DNA of 64,000 nt. It comes from Polyangiales bacterium (lineage in GTDB: Bacteria > Myxococcota_A > Polyangia > Polyangiales > Ga0077539). The notes below the pieces were generated by a model. It searched no databases and had not been told where the DNA came from. It saw only the letters and a list, made by a program, of their open reading frames with translations. Of this stretch, positions 17,942 to 27,800 are shown piece by piece (within the stretch, counting starts at the first letter, position 1; the number at the start of each line of letters is the position of its first letter). A program made the position numbers and the translations under genes. The DNA lies in the NCBI GenBank assembly GCA_044229975.1, contig JBGARZ010000006.1:491890-555889 (forward strand), given 5' to 3'.

Positions 17942-20900
17942 GTGACCGAGCTCGCCGCCTTCCCCGACGCCCTGCGCGCGCGCTTCAACCCAGAGTTCGT
18001 CGCTGGCGTCGGCGGCATGTCCGTGGTCTTCGCCGTCGTCGAGCGATCCATCGGCGCCCGCCGTGCCATCAAGCTCCTCCACGTCGGCGCCGACCTCTCC
18101 CGCGCCCGCCGCGAGGTGATGCTGCTCACCACGCTCGCGCACCCGGGCCTCGTCGCCGTCGTCGACGCGGGCGACCTCCCCGACGGCCGCGCCTGGATCG
18201 CCATGGACTGGCTCGACGGCGAGACCCTCGCCGCCCGCCTGAAGCGCGCCCCGCTCTGCGTCGCCGACGCCGTCACCGTGGGCGAGGCCGTCGCCGCCGC
18301 GCTCGCGTACCTCCACGACATGGGCGTCGTGCACCGCGACGTGAAGCCCTCCAACGTGCTGCTCGTCGGCGGTGACCCGGCGCGCGCCACGCTGCTCGAC
18401 CTCGGCATCGCCCGCGGCGGCGCCGACGTCCCCGGCCCCACCGCCACCGGCGCCCTCCTCGGAACCCCCGGCTACATGGCCCCCGAGCAGGTGCGCGACC
18501 CGCGACGCGCCGGCCCTGCCAGCGACGTGTTCTCGCTGGGGTGTTTGTTGTTCAACGCGCTCACCGGCCGCGAAGCCTTCACCGGAACCACCGCCCTCGA
18601 AATCGTCGCCCACGCCCTCCACACGCGCGCCCCGAAGGTGCTCTCCGTCGAGCCGACGGTCCCTGCGTCGCTCGCCGCGCTGGTCGACGCCATGCTCGAC
18701 GCCGAACCCTCGCAGCGCCCACGCGACGGCGCCGCAGTGGCCTCGGCGCTCGCCTCTCTCCGCGCCTCCCTCACCGGCTCCGAGGCGCGGCAGCAGCCCG
18801 CCACGGCGGTGCTCAGCTACGACGAAGCCCAGCTCACGGGCATGGAGGCCACGCTCGCGAGCACGATGATCGAACCCGTCGCCTTCGTCGCGCCGTCGAC
18901 CTTCGTCGGCCGTCGCCGCGAGCTCGGGCTGCTCGACCTCGCGCACGGCGAGTGCCTCGAACGCCGTCGCCCCGCCGTCGCCCTCGTCACCGCCGCCGCG
19001 GGCATGGGCAAGTCCCGCCTCGCCGACGCATGGGTCCGCCGCCTCGACGGAGAGGCCACCGTGCTCCGCGGACGCGCCGACCCGACGGCCTTCGGTGTCA
19101 TCGCCGCCGTGCTCCGCAACGCGGCCGGTGGCGACGGCCCGACCCTCTCCGACCGCTTGCGCGCCATGGCCCGCACCGACCTCGGTTCCAACGCTGATGA
19201 CGATCACGTCGAGCTGCTCGCGCGCCTCGCCGGTCTCCCTTCGCAGGAGGTGTCGACGCTGGTGGCCGCCGAGCGCGACCGGTCGCTCATGGCCGCCCGG
19301 CTGCGCGCCGCGTGGCTGCGCTGGATCGACGCCCGCAGCGCCCGCGGCCCGACGGTGCTGGCGCTCGACGACCTGCACGACGCCGACCCGGGCTCCATCG
19401 AGCTCATCGCTCTCTCGACGCGTCGGGTGCGCGGATCGCTCTTCGTGCTGGGCCTGCGTCGCCCCGTCGAAGCAGGAGCCATCGACCCGCTGTCCGAGCT
19501 CGCGACGTTGCAGGTGACGCTGCCCGCGCTGTCGACGACGGAGTCCGAGCGGCTGGTGCGCACGCTGCTCGGTGACGACGCCGACGCGGCATTGGTGGAC
19601 TCGTTGGTGGAGCGCGCGTCGGGTCACCCGATGGTGTTGGAGGAGCTCGCCCGCGTGTCGCGCGACGGAACCATCTCCGACGCCCCCGCGACGGTTCGCG
19701 CGCTGTTGCATGCGAGGCTGGCGGCTCTCGACGGCGCGCAACGGCGGGCGCTGCGGGCGGCGAGCGTGTTCGGGGCGGCGTTCTGGCGGGGCGGTCTCGG
19801 GGCGCTGCTGGGCGGCGCGGACGACGCGCTCGACCGGGCGCTCGCGGGCCTCGAACGGGCCGACCTGGCAGAGCCGCGGGCGACGTCGCGCTTCGGCGAG
19901 GAGCCCGAGTGGTCGGTGCGCAGCGCGCTGCTGGGCGAGGTGGCCTACGAGACGCTGACGGCGGTCGATCGTGGTCGCGGGCACGCGCTGGCGGCGCGGT
20001 GGCTCATCGCGGCGGGCGAGTGGGACGCGCGCTCGGTGGCGACACACCTGCTGCGCGGCGGGCTGACGAGCGAGGCCGCGCCGTGGCTGGCGGCGGCGGC
20101 GCAGCGGTGCCTCGACGCGAGCGACTGGGCGGGCGTGTTGCGCGCCGTGGACGAAGGGACGAGCGCGACGGGCGAGGCGTACGGAGCGCTGCGCCACGCC
20201 GAGGCGGTGGCGCGCAAGTGGCGGGGCGAGCTCCCGGCGGCGCTGGAGGCGGCGCGCGCGGCGGTGGGCGTTCTGTCGCTGGAGAGCGGCCGCGGGTTGA
20301 TGGCGTGCGCCGAGCTGACGACGCTCGCGGGCATGGTGGGCGACCGCGCGACGCTGCTGGCGTGGGGGCAACGGCTGCTGGCCGAGCCGGTGCGCGAGGC
20401 GACCCGATCGGAGCACGCGATCGCGGTGGGACGCGCGGCGATGCAGACGGTGATGGCGATGCCCGCCGAGGCGGCGCCGGCGATGGCGTGGCTCGACGCC
20501 AACGTGAGCGCCGAGCTGATGGCCGCCGACGCGCAGGTGGCGGCGTGGACGCTGGGCGCGCGCGGCTTCGCGGCGATGGTGGCGGGCGACGCGTACCGGT
20601 GCGCGGTGTGCCTGGAGCACGCGGCCGAGCAGCATGCGCGCATGGGGGACGTGAAGGGCGCGTGTTCGGCGCGCACCAACGCGGCCTTCGGGCGGACGAC
20701 GGTGGGTCAGTACGCGCTGGCCGAGGCGTCGCTGCGAGCGGCGCTACCCGAGGCCGAGGCGCTGGGGTTGAGCTCGCTCGCGGCGGACATCGGGCAGAAC
20801 CTCGCCGACGCGCGCCTGGGGCTGGGCGACGCCGACGGAGCGTTGGTGTTGGCCGACGAGGCGCTGGCGGCGCACGTTCGCTTTGGCGCGACGCGGATGG

Positions 20901-21319
20901 AGGCCGCGACGCGCACGGTGCGAGCGAGGGCGCTGCTGGCGAAGGGCGCGTGGACAGAGGCCGCGGACGAGGCCGAGCGGGCGTACGCGCTGGGTGCCGC
21001 GGGGACGCCGCGTCGGGCGCTGGCGAGCGCAGCGTGGGCGAGGGCGCTGGCGGCGCAGGGGCGGAGCGACGAGGCGCTGGAGAGGGCGGCGGAGGCGCGC
21101 GCGGTGGAGGGCCTGGACGAGGGACAGGGGCAGGTGTGGATCGCGTGGGTGGAGGCGCTCGCGGCGGCGGGTCGCGCGGACGAAGCGCACGCGGCGGCGG
21201 CTGCGGGGCTCGCGTGGGTGGAGGAGATCGCCGCGCGGGTGGACGACGCCGAAGCGAGGGAGACGATGCGGACGGCGGTGCCGGAGCACGCGGCGCTACG
21301 GCGCTACGGTGGTCGGTAA
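17942..21319 (+). CDS. Ser/Thr kinase - P-loop ATPase - TPR-like multidomain protein
   Basis: AIK, HRDVKPSN, DLG, GTPGYMAPE; FVGRRREL, AGMGKS (Walker A), LALDDLH (Walker B), SGHP; helical C-terminal repeats. Confidence 0.9.
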   Translation: MTELAAFPDALRARFNPEFVAGVGGMSVVFAVVERSIGARRAIKLLHVGADLSRARREVMLLTTLAHPGLVAVVDAGDLPDGRAWIAMDWLDGETLAARLKRAPLCVADAVTVGEAVAAALAYLHDMGVVHRDVKPSNVLLVGGDPARATLLDLGIARGGADVPGPTATGALLGTPGYMAPEQVRDPRRAGPASDVFSLGCLLFNALTGREAFTGTTALEIVAHALHTRAPKVLSVEPTVPASLAALVDAMLDAEPSQRPRDGAAVASALASLRASLTGSEARQQPATAVLSYDEAQLTGMEATLASTMIEPVAFVAPSTFVGRRRELGLLDLAHGECLERRRPAVALVTAAAGMGKSRLADAWVRRLDGEATVLRGRADPTAFGVIAAVLRNAAGGDGPTLSDRLRAMARTDLGSNADDDHVELLARLAGLPSQEVSTLVAAERDRSLMAARLRAAWLRWIDARSARGPTVLALDDLHDADPGSIELIALSTRRVRGSLFVLGLRRPVEAGAIDPLSELATLQVTLPALSTTESERLVRTLLGDDADAALVDSLVERASGHPMVLEELARVSRDGTISDAPATVRALLHARLAALDGAQRRALRAASVFGAAFWRGGLGALLGGADDALDRALAGLERADLAEPRATSRFGEEPEWSVRSALLGEVAYETLTAVDRGRGHALAARWLIAAGEWDARSVATHLLRGGLTSEAAPWLAAAAQRCLDASDWAGVLRAVDEGTSATGEAYGALRHAEAVARKWRGELPAALEAARAAVGVLSLESGRGLMACAELTTLAGMVGDRATLLAWGQRLLAEPVREATRSEHAIAVGRAAMQTVMAMPAEAAPAMAWLDANVSAELMAADAQVAAWTLGARGFAAMVAGDAYRCAVCLEHAAEQHARMGDVKGACSARTNAAFGRTTVGQYALAEASLRAALPEAEALGLSSLAADIGQNLADARLGLGDADGALVLADEALAAHVRFGATRMEAATRTVRARALLAKGAWTEAADEAERAYALGAAGTPRRALASAAWARALAAQGRSDEALERAAEARAVEGLDEGQGQVWIAWVEALAAAGRADEAHAAAAAGLAWVEEIAARVDDAEARETMRTAVPEHAALRRYGGR

Positions 21320-21388
21320 GCACCCGTTCAGGCCGACCCAACGCCCCTCACCGTCGCGAAGCGACGGGGCTACGCGTGATCGGAAAAG

Positions 21389-21553
21389 GGCCGCAAGGAC
21401 GCGAGGGTCGCAAGGGAAGAAGGTTTCGAGCCCAGATGCATCCCATCCCATCCCATCCCATCCCATCCCATCCCATCCCATCCCATCCCATCCCATCCCA
21501 TCCCATCCCATTCCGGCCCTTGCGACCCTTGCGACCCTCGCGTCCTTGCGGCC
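21389..21553. repeat. Palindromic intergenic element: perfect 28-bp inverted arms enclosing (TCCCA)14
   Basis: GGCCGCAAGGACGCGAGGGTCGCAAGGG at 21389-21416, its reverse complement at 21526-21553, and 14 TCCCA copies at 21441-21510. Confidence 0.95.
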
Positions 21554-21558
21554 TCACC

Positions 21559-22548
21559 TCACGGTTCACCCCCTCGTCGCGCGGGCTTGCGCACCTTCGC
21601 CGCCCGCTCCCTCTCCTTCTCGTCGCACTTCGGCATCGGTCGCGACAGCTCGGGCGCGTCCTTCGCCCACTTCACCACCGCGTCGACGAAGGCCCGCACC
21701 GCCGGCGGAACAAACTCCCTCTCCGCATACACCACCGCCACCTGCGACTCGCCGCCGAGGCGCTCGGGCAGCACCACGGCCAGCGCGCCCCGCACCACGT
21801 CGTCGTAGACCATCGGCATCGGCAGCATCGCGATGCCCCGATCGCGCAGCGCGAGACTCTGCAGCAGTCTGATGTCGTTGCTGGCCACCTCCGCCTCGAC
21901 GCGCACCTGTCCCCCGCGCAGCAGCGGCCAGTGCGTCGACGGGTGCTCACCCAGCGAGAAGCCCACCAGGCACGAGTGCGTCGCGAGCTCGGCCGCGCGC
22001 TTCGGCGTGCCCCGCTGCGCCAGATACTTCGGCGAGGCGACGGCCACGATGCGGGTGCGCGCCAGCTTGCGGGCGATGAGCCCCGGCGGGAGCTGCGACG
22101 CCGCGCGCACGGCGACGTCGTGGCCGCCGCTGACGAGGTCGACGTGGCGCGTGGTGGCGTCGAGCTCCAGCCGCACGTCGGGGTAGCGCGCGATGAACTC
22201 CGCGATCATCGCCCCGAAGCTGTCGGTGCCGAAGGGCGGAACGGACACCCGCAGCATGCCGCGCACGACGTCGTCGCTGCGTCGCACGGACGCCTCGGCG
22301 TCGCTCACGGCCGCGAGCACGGCGCGGGCGCGGGCGTAGAGGGCCTCGCCCGCGTCGGTGAGCACCATGGTGCGCGTGGTGCGTCGTAGCAGCCGGACGC
22401 CGAGCTTCTCCTCCAGCCGCGCGAGCCGTCGACCGACGGTGGGCCGCGGGACGCCCAGCTCGCGCGCCGCCTTGGAGATGGAGCGCGCCTCGACGGTGCG
22501 CGCGAAGGTCAGGAACTCAGCGGTCTCGGGTAGTTCGTCCATCTGCAT
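21559..22548 (-). CDS. LysR-family transcriptional regulator (CrgA-like)
   Basis: SISKAARELGVPRPTVGRRLARLEEKLGVRLLRRTTR..LTDAG; substrate-binding domain; divergent from a DoxX gene. Start 22548 or 22542. Confidence 0.95.
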   Translation of the reverse strand: MQMDELPETAEFLTFARTVEARSISKAARELGVPRPTVGRRLARLEEKLGVRLLRRTTRTMVLTDAGEALYARARAVLAAVSDAEASVRRSDDVVRGMLRVSVPPFGTDSFGAMIAEFIARYPDVRLELDATTRHVDLVSGGHDVAVRAASQLPPGLIARKLARTRIVAVASPKYLAQRGTPKRAAELATHSCLVGFSLGEHPSTHWPLLRGGQVRVEAEVASNDIRLLQSLALRDRGIAMLPMPMVYDDVVRGALAVVLPERLGGESQVAVVYAEREFVPPAVRAFVDAVVKWAKDAPELSRPMPKCDEKERERAAKVRKPARRGGEP

Positions 22549-22656
22549 CACTGAGTAGCAGATGCTGATCACTCGTGCGTAATGGTGCCACGCGGATGGG
22601 CGACGGATGTTGGGCCCCGTCGAGGCGTTGCACGCCCGACAGGAGCTTTTGATCCC

Positions 22657-23073
22657 ATGAAGAACCGCAACCTCGCCTACTGGATCCCCACCGCCCTCTT
22701 CGCCGCCGGGCTCACGATGTCGGGCCTCGCGACCATCACCCACGCCCCACAGATGGCCGCGGGCTACGCGCACCTCGGGTACCCGCTCTACTTCATGACG
22801 ATCCTCGGCGCGGCCAAGCTGCTGGGCGTCGTCGCGCTGCTCGTCCCCGGCCTCCCCCGTTTGAAGGAGTGGGCCTACGCGGGCTTCACCATCAACCTCG
22901 TGAGCGCCGCGCTGTCGCACCTCGCCATGGGCGACGCCGCGAGCCACGTCACCCCGCCGCTGGTGCTGCTCGGCGTGATGTTGGCGTCGTGGTGGTTCCG
23001 CCCCGCGAGCCGGACGCTCGGCACCCTCGACGCCCCTGCGAAGATCGGGCAGCCCGCGCTCGCGACGGCGTGA
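22657..23073 (+). CDS. DoxX-like membrane protein
   Basis: HLGYPLYFMTILGAAKLLGVVALLVPG..LKEWAYAGF; AGGAG RBS. Confidence 0.9.
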   Translation: MKNRNLAYWIPTALFAAGLTMSGLATITHAPQMAAGYAHLGYPLYFMTILGAAKLLGVVALLVPGLPRLKEWAYAGFTINLVSAALSHLAMGDAASHVTPPLVLLGVMLASWWFRPASRTLGTLDAPAKIGQPALATA

Positions 23074-23074
23074 G

Positions 23075-23659
23075 TCAATCGCCGGGCGTGAACGTCATCG
23101 GAATCTCCACGGTGACGTCGCCGCCTTCGGGCATCGGAAACACCAGCCCCCGCACCCGACCGATCACGCAGCCCGTCATCGACCGCTCTGCCTCGGCGCC
23201 ACTCGATGTGATCTCGGTCACTCGCCCCCGCCCATCCACGACAAAGCGCAGCACGAGGCGAACCGAGAGCGTCGGGTGACCCGCGAGCGCTCGCTCGTAG
23301 CAGGCGCGGAGCCCACCGGTGTGGCCGCGCACGATGCGCCCGACGGCGCCCACGTCGACGACTCCGGGACCGCCGCTCTGCTCGGCGCTGCCAAGGCTGG
23401 CGTATCCACGAAGCACGCGGCTCCTGAAGGTCGGCGCTACCGCCTCAGGAACGCGAACAGCGGGCTGGCGCGGCACCGGGAAGGGCGTCGGTTGCCACTC
23501 ATCGGGGATGGTCTCCTGACGTGGGCGCTTTGCCTCGACTTCCTCCTTCGTGTTGAGACGTTCCTGGCGGCGAGAACAGGCGGAGAGCCCGAGCCCGAGA
23601 ACCGCGAGCACGGCGCAGACAACGATCTCCGACCAACGAACACGACTGGATTGCGACAT
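23075..23659 (-). CDS. Lipoprotein with AgmX/PglI-type (TonB C-terminal-like) domain
   Basis: Lipobox LSAC; LRACYERAL..LVLRFVVDGRGRV..C....FPMPEGGDVTVEIPMTF. Confidence 0.8.
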   Translation of the reverse strand: MSQSSRVRWSEIVVCAVLAVLGLGLSACSRRQERLNTKEEVEAKRPRQETIPDEWQPTPFPVPRQPAVRVPEAVAPTFRSRVLRGYASLGSAEQSGGPGVVDVGAVGRIVRGHTGGLRACYERALAGHPTLSVRLVLRFVVDGRGRVTEITSSGAEAERSMTGCVIGRVRGLVFPMPEGGDVTVEIPMTFTPGD

Positions 23660-24057
23660 GTTGACCTCGTCGGTCGCGCCGGGTGAACGGCTGTCAGCGC
23701 GACCGGAGGCTGTGTCGTGGGAAGCGCGCCGATGGTTGCGCGGTCACTCGACCGTGACCTCGTCGCAGATGACCCGCCGTGAGGTGGTGGACGAGACACA
23801 CCGCGCTCATGATCGACCGGCACCGCGGCGGGGACGACCCGGAGCACGCGGAGCGACCATCATCACCAGACGGTGGACGACCCACCCGACGGCATGGACG
23901 ACCCTCAGGAGGTGAGGGTCGTGAGGCCCATGCCAGACGGTGAAAGCTGGTCGATCGCACAATTCGTCGTGCCCCCGGCAACGGTCGCGGGGGTGCCTCC
24001 GACAAGGCCACCGTCGCGTCGCCCAACCCTTCAACCGGGGCGCGCACGGAGGTCATC

Positions 24058-24204
24058 ATGTCGCGATCCATCTGCCGTTGTGTCCGTGGAGTCCTGGTGG
24101 CGGTGTTGCTGGTGCTCGCCGCGTTCGGGCAGTCCGGCTGTCATCGCGCGGACGATGACCCCGCCGCCCGCGAGGCGCGTGCCGAGCTTCTCGCAGTACA
24201 TTGA
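24058..24204 (+). CDS. 48-aa lipoprotein-like ORF, or truncated paralog of 23075-23659
   Basis: GGAGG RBS; MSRSICRCVRGVLVAVLLVLAAFGQSGCHRADDDPAAREARAELLAVH. The leader is homologous to that of the divergent gene. Shorter than any ORF in the track. Confidence 0.5.
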   Translation: MSRSICRCVRGVLVAVLLVLAAFGQSGCHRADDDPAAREARAELLAVH

Positions 24205-24213
24205 CGGCCACTG

Positions 24214-24882
24214 ATGCCCTCCCCTTCGATCACCCTCCCGCCCCACCTCATCGACGACCCGCTCAAGCTGCTCTCGCAGCGCGCCACGCTCCCCGGCGCC
24301 TACGGCTACGACCGCTCCGCCCACGCGCTCCGCGTCGCCGCCGCGAAGGGAGTCCCCCTCGCCGACCGCCTCGCCCTCGCGCTCCACGGGAGCTGGATGG
24401 TCAACAGCCGCGCCACGTCGCCGGTGTTTCGCCGGTGGCTGCAACCCGCCGTGCGCCCTGCGTGGGAAGTGCTCGACGAGGTACTGCGAGATGGCCCCGA
24501 GGCGTGGCTCTCGCTCGACGCCGAAGGACGCACCGTCGCCGCGCAGGCCGTCGCCGCGCTCGCGGGTGACGACGTCGGCGTCGCTGCGGTGAGCAAGGTG
24601 CTCGCGCTGCTGTACCCGCAGACCATGTGCCTGATGGACGACCATGCCATCGCGTTCCTGGGGTTGGCGTTGGAGGTGCCCGCGGGGGAGGAGAAGGGGA
24701 CGGCGTCGGCGACGTTCTTCGTTCCGATGCTCGATGCCTTTGCGACGGCGGTGGTGGCCAACCGCGACGCGCTCACCGCTCTCGCTGCACAACACACCGA
24801 CGCGGTGCTCGATGCGACGCAGGCGCTCGATCGGGTGATCTGGGTGGCGTCGTACGGGCAGCGCTTCTTCCGCGGGAAGTAG
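24214..24882 (+). CDS. Hypothetical helical protein (DUF6308 / HhH-glycosylase-like motif)
   Basis: VGVAAVSKVLALLYPQTMCLMD and ALDRVIW motifs; family call is tentative. Confidence 0.55.
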   Translation: MPSPSITLPPHLIDDPLKLLSQRATLPGAYGYDRSAHALRVAAAKGVPLADRLALALHGSWMVNSRATSPVFRRWLQPAVRPAWEVLDEVLRDGPEAWLSLDAEGRTVAAQAVAALAGDDVGVAAVSKVLALLYPQTMCLMDDHAIAFLGLALEVPAGEEKGTASATFFVPMLDAFATAVVANRDALTALAAQHTDAVLDATQALDRVIWVASYGQRFFRGK

Positions 24883-24885
24883 AGG

Positions 24886-27800
24886 TCACTCCCCGCCCGC
24901 GGCGGCGCCTTCGTCGTCGGGCGGCTCGTCGTGTGCCTCCACCCGGCACAGCGATCGGTACTGGCAGAAGTGGCAGTCCCTCGGCCGCGGCTCGAACCTC
25001 CCCTCCCGCAGCGGAACCACCACCGCCCGCACCGCCTCCCCCAGCCGCCCGACACCCGCCGCGCCTTCGCGGATCAGCGCGTCGACGTCCCACGGCTCTT
25101 CATCCCGTCGTCGCGGCTTCGCCAGCGCGTCGCGCAGCCCGTGCTCGCTCAGGTCGCGGAAGCCCACGTACGTCCCATCCACGCTCCTCGTGTCGGCGTC
25201 GCCCACGAGGCCCACCGAGCGCGCCCGCTCCAGCGCCGCCGCGTACACCACCAACTGGAACTGCGTCTCCAACACCCCCTGCTGCAACCGCTTCCGATAC
25301 CCGTCGCCGCGCCCGCTCTTGAACTCCACCGCGCGCAGCACACCGCCCATGCGCTCGACCCCGTCGATGCGTCCGCGAATCGCCACGGGCGGCCCGCCAG
25401 GCATCACGATCTCTACGGCAGGCCACCGGTGCTTCGGCCCGAAGCCCACCTCGGACTCCAGCATCGTCCAGCCCTCGGGTGACCCGAGGCGCCGCGCCAG
25501 CCACAGCTCTACCTGTCGACGAATCGCTCGCGTGTCGGCGTCCAGCAGCGCCGCGTCGACCTGCCCCACCTCCAGCGAGAACCGTGCGCCCGCCTCGTCG
25601 AGCCCCGCCATCACCGTCTCCCACCGCCCCGCCGGGTCGCTCGGGGCGGCGTCCTTCAGCGCGTCCTGGCCCGCCTCCAGCAGCGCGTGCAGCAGGTGAC
25701 CGCGCTCCTTCTCGTCGAGCGTCTCCCGCACCTCCGGGCGCTCGTCGATGCGCAGCACCTTCAGCGCAAAGGCCTTGTACCCGCAGCGCGCCGCCCGCTC
25801 CAACGTGGTCGTGTCCAGCGGGTCGCGCGCGTCGGCCCAGCGCTCCAGCTCCAGGTGCCGCCGCAGCGCCACGTCGTGATCGACCCGACCGTTGTACGCA
25901 TCGCCCGGCGCGTCGACCTTCGCGAAGAACGCCTCCCGCCGACCCTCCACCGCCGACCGCTCGCCCACCGACTTCAGCGCCGCCACGAGGCTCGCCGACA
26001 CGCCCTCCGTCGCGCCTCGCGTCGCCGCCAGCGACCGCAACACCCGCTCCGCCCCGCGCGCCGGAACCCTCCGCGACCGCGCCAACGGGTCAGCCCCGAC
26101 GCGCTCCACCACCACGCCCGACGTCCGTTGCAGGTCGCCGAAGAAAGCCGCCGCCGCCCGCGCCCTCCCGCCCGCGTCGTGCCGCGCCGCGCTCGCCGCC
26201 ACCGCCTTCGTGGCCGTCGCCAAGGCCGCCAACAGCACCCGCGACGACTCCTCGCGCCCACCCCCTCGCGCCAGCGGAACCTTCCGCGCCTTCGCCACCG
26301 CCACCCGCTCGCTCTCGCCCCACAGCGCCGCCTCGCCGCGGTGCCCGGCCGCACCCTCGTGCAACCCCGGCAGCACCACCGCCGCGAAGCTCCGCCCCGC
26401 CGCGTCGCGCGCGTCCATGAGCTGCACACCACCGTCGCCACCGGGCGCCTCCGCGGGCAGCAACCGTGACCGCGCCAGGTCGAGCAGCACCTCGCCAAAC
26501 TCCCCCGCGCTCATCACCCCGTCGCGACCCGCCGTGCGCGCGATGGAGGGCAGCTCTGCCAACAACGCCGCCGCGCCCGCCACGCCCGCCTCGTCGCGCG
26601 CCAACGCCCGCAGAATCGCCTGCGCGCCAGGGTCGAGGTCGGCCGTCGCCATCACCGCGCGCGACTCCTCCACCAGGCGACCGTCACCGCCTGCGCGATC
26701 GATCCAGCGACCCAGTCGGTCGCAGTGCTCGGCCACGGTCCCGTCTTGCGCGAGCGCCCAGAGGTCCCGCGCCAGCGCGTCGATGGACGCCACCACCGCG
26801 CCCGTCACCACCGCCGGGTGATGCCGCCGACCGTGCTTGAAGCGCGCGCCCAGCTCCGTGTCGAAGAGGCTCTCGACACCGAGCGTTCGTAGCGCCTGCG
26901 ACACCCGCCACGGCGCGGGCTCTCCCGCGCGCGGCGCGTTGCCCTGGAGCACCGCCAGCGCCCGCAGCACCTCCTCGCGCTCGGCCCCGCGCGCCACCAT
27001 GCGCGGCAACCCCAGCAGCGCCCGCGTCACCGGCGACGACAGCAGCCCCGCTCCCTGCGACGCGCTCCACGGGATGCGCGCGTCGTCCAGCGCCTGACCC
27101 ACGCAGCGCCGCGTCTCCGGGTCGTCCCCCGCAAACACCACCGCGATCTCGTGCGGACCGACGCCCGCCGCGATCCACCGCGCGACGCGCGACGCCACCC
27201 AGCGGCCCTCGTCCTCCGGGCCCTGCGCCTCGGCCAGCGCCACGACGTCCTCCCCGAGCGCCGACTCCATCGTCGCCGACGGGTCGGTGAGCGACGCCAG
27301 CCAGCGCTGCAACGCCTCCGCCGCAGCCTCGCCGCCCGGGTCGCGCAGCCCATAACGGAGCTCCAACCCCGACTCCTCGGCTTCGAGCGTTCGGAGCGCG
27401 CGGTCGAGCGCCGGGGGCATCTGCATGCGCCGCGGCTCGCAGATGACGTGCACGTCGAGCCGCCCGCCGTGGGCGCCGAGCCAGCGCGCCAGCGACACCG
27501 CGAGCGTCACCCGCGACGGGTCGACCTCCAGCGCGTGCCACCACCGAACCACCTCGGGCAACCCGTACGACGCGGGCGACCGTCGCTGGGTGCGGGCTTC
27601 GTCGACGGCCTGGGCGAGCAGCGTGCAGAGCGTGGCGGCGGGGTGCAGATCGGAGGCGGCGAGGCGACGGTCTTGATCGGCCATCAGCTCGGAGAGGGCG
27701 CGCAGGCGGGTGCGCGTGCCCTCGTCGGCGTCGTCGGTGAAGGCGCGCGACTCCTCGACGAGGTGGGCCGTCACCTCGTGGCGGCGCAGCAGGTCGAGGG

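Noticed and set aside
21296..21569. ORFs encoding MGWDG / HPIPS repeats, or a CRISPR array
   Set aside because: These are translations of the pentamer microsatellite; there are no unique spacers and no cas genes.
23760..23975. Short ORFs between the twin leaders
   Set aside because: No convincing RBS, codon bias or motif in any frame.
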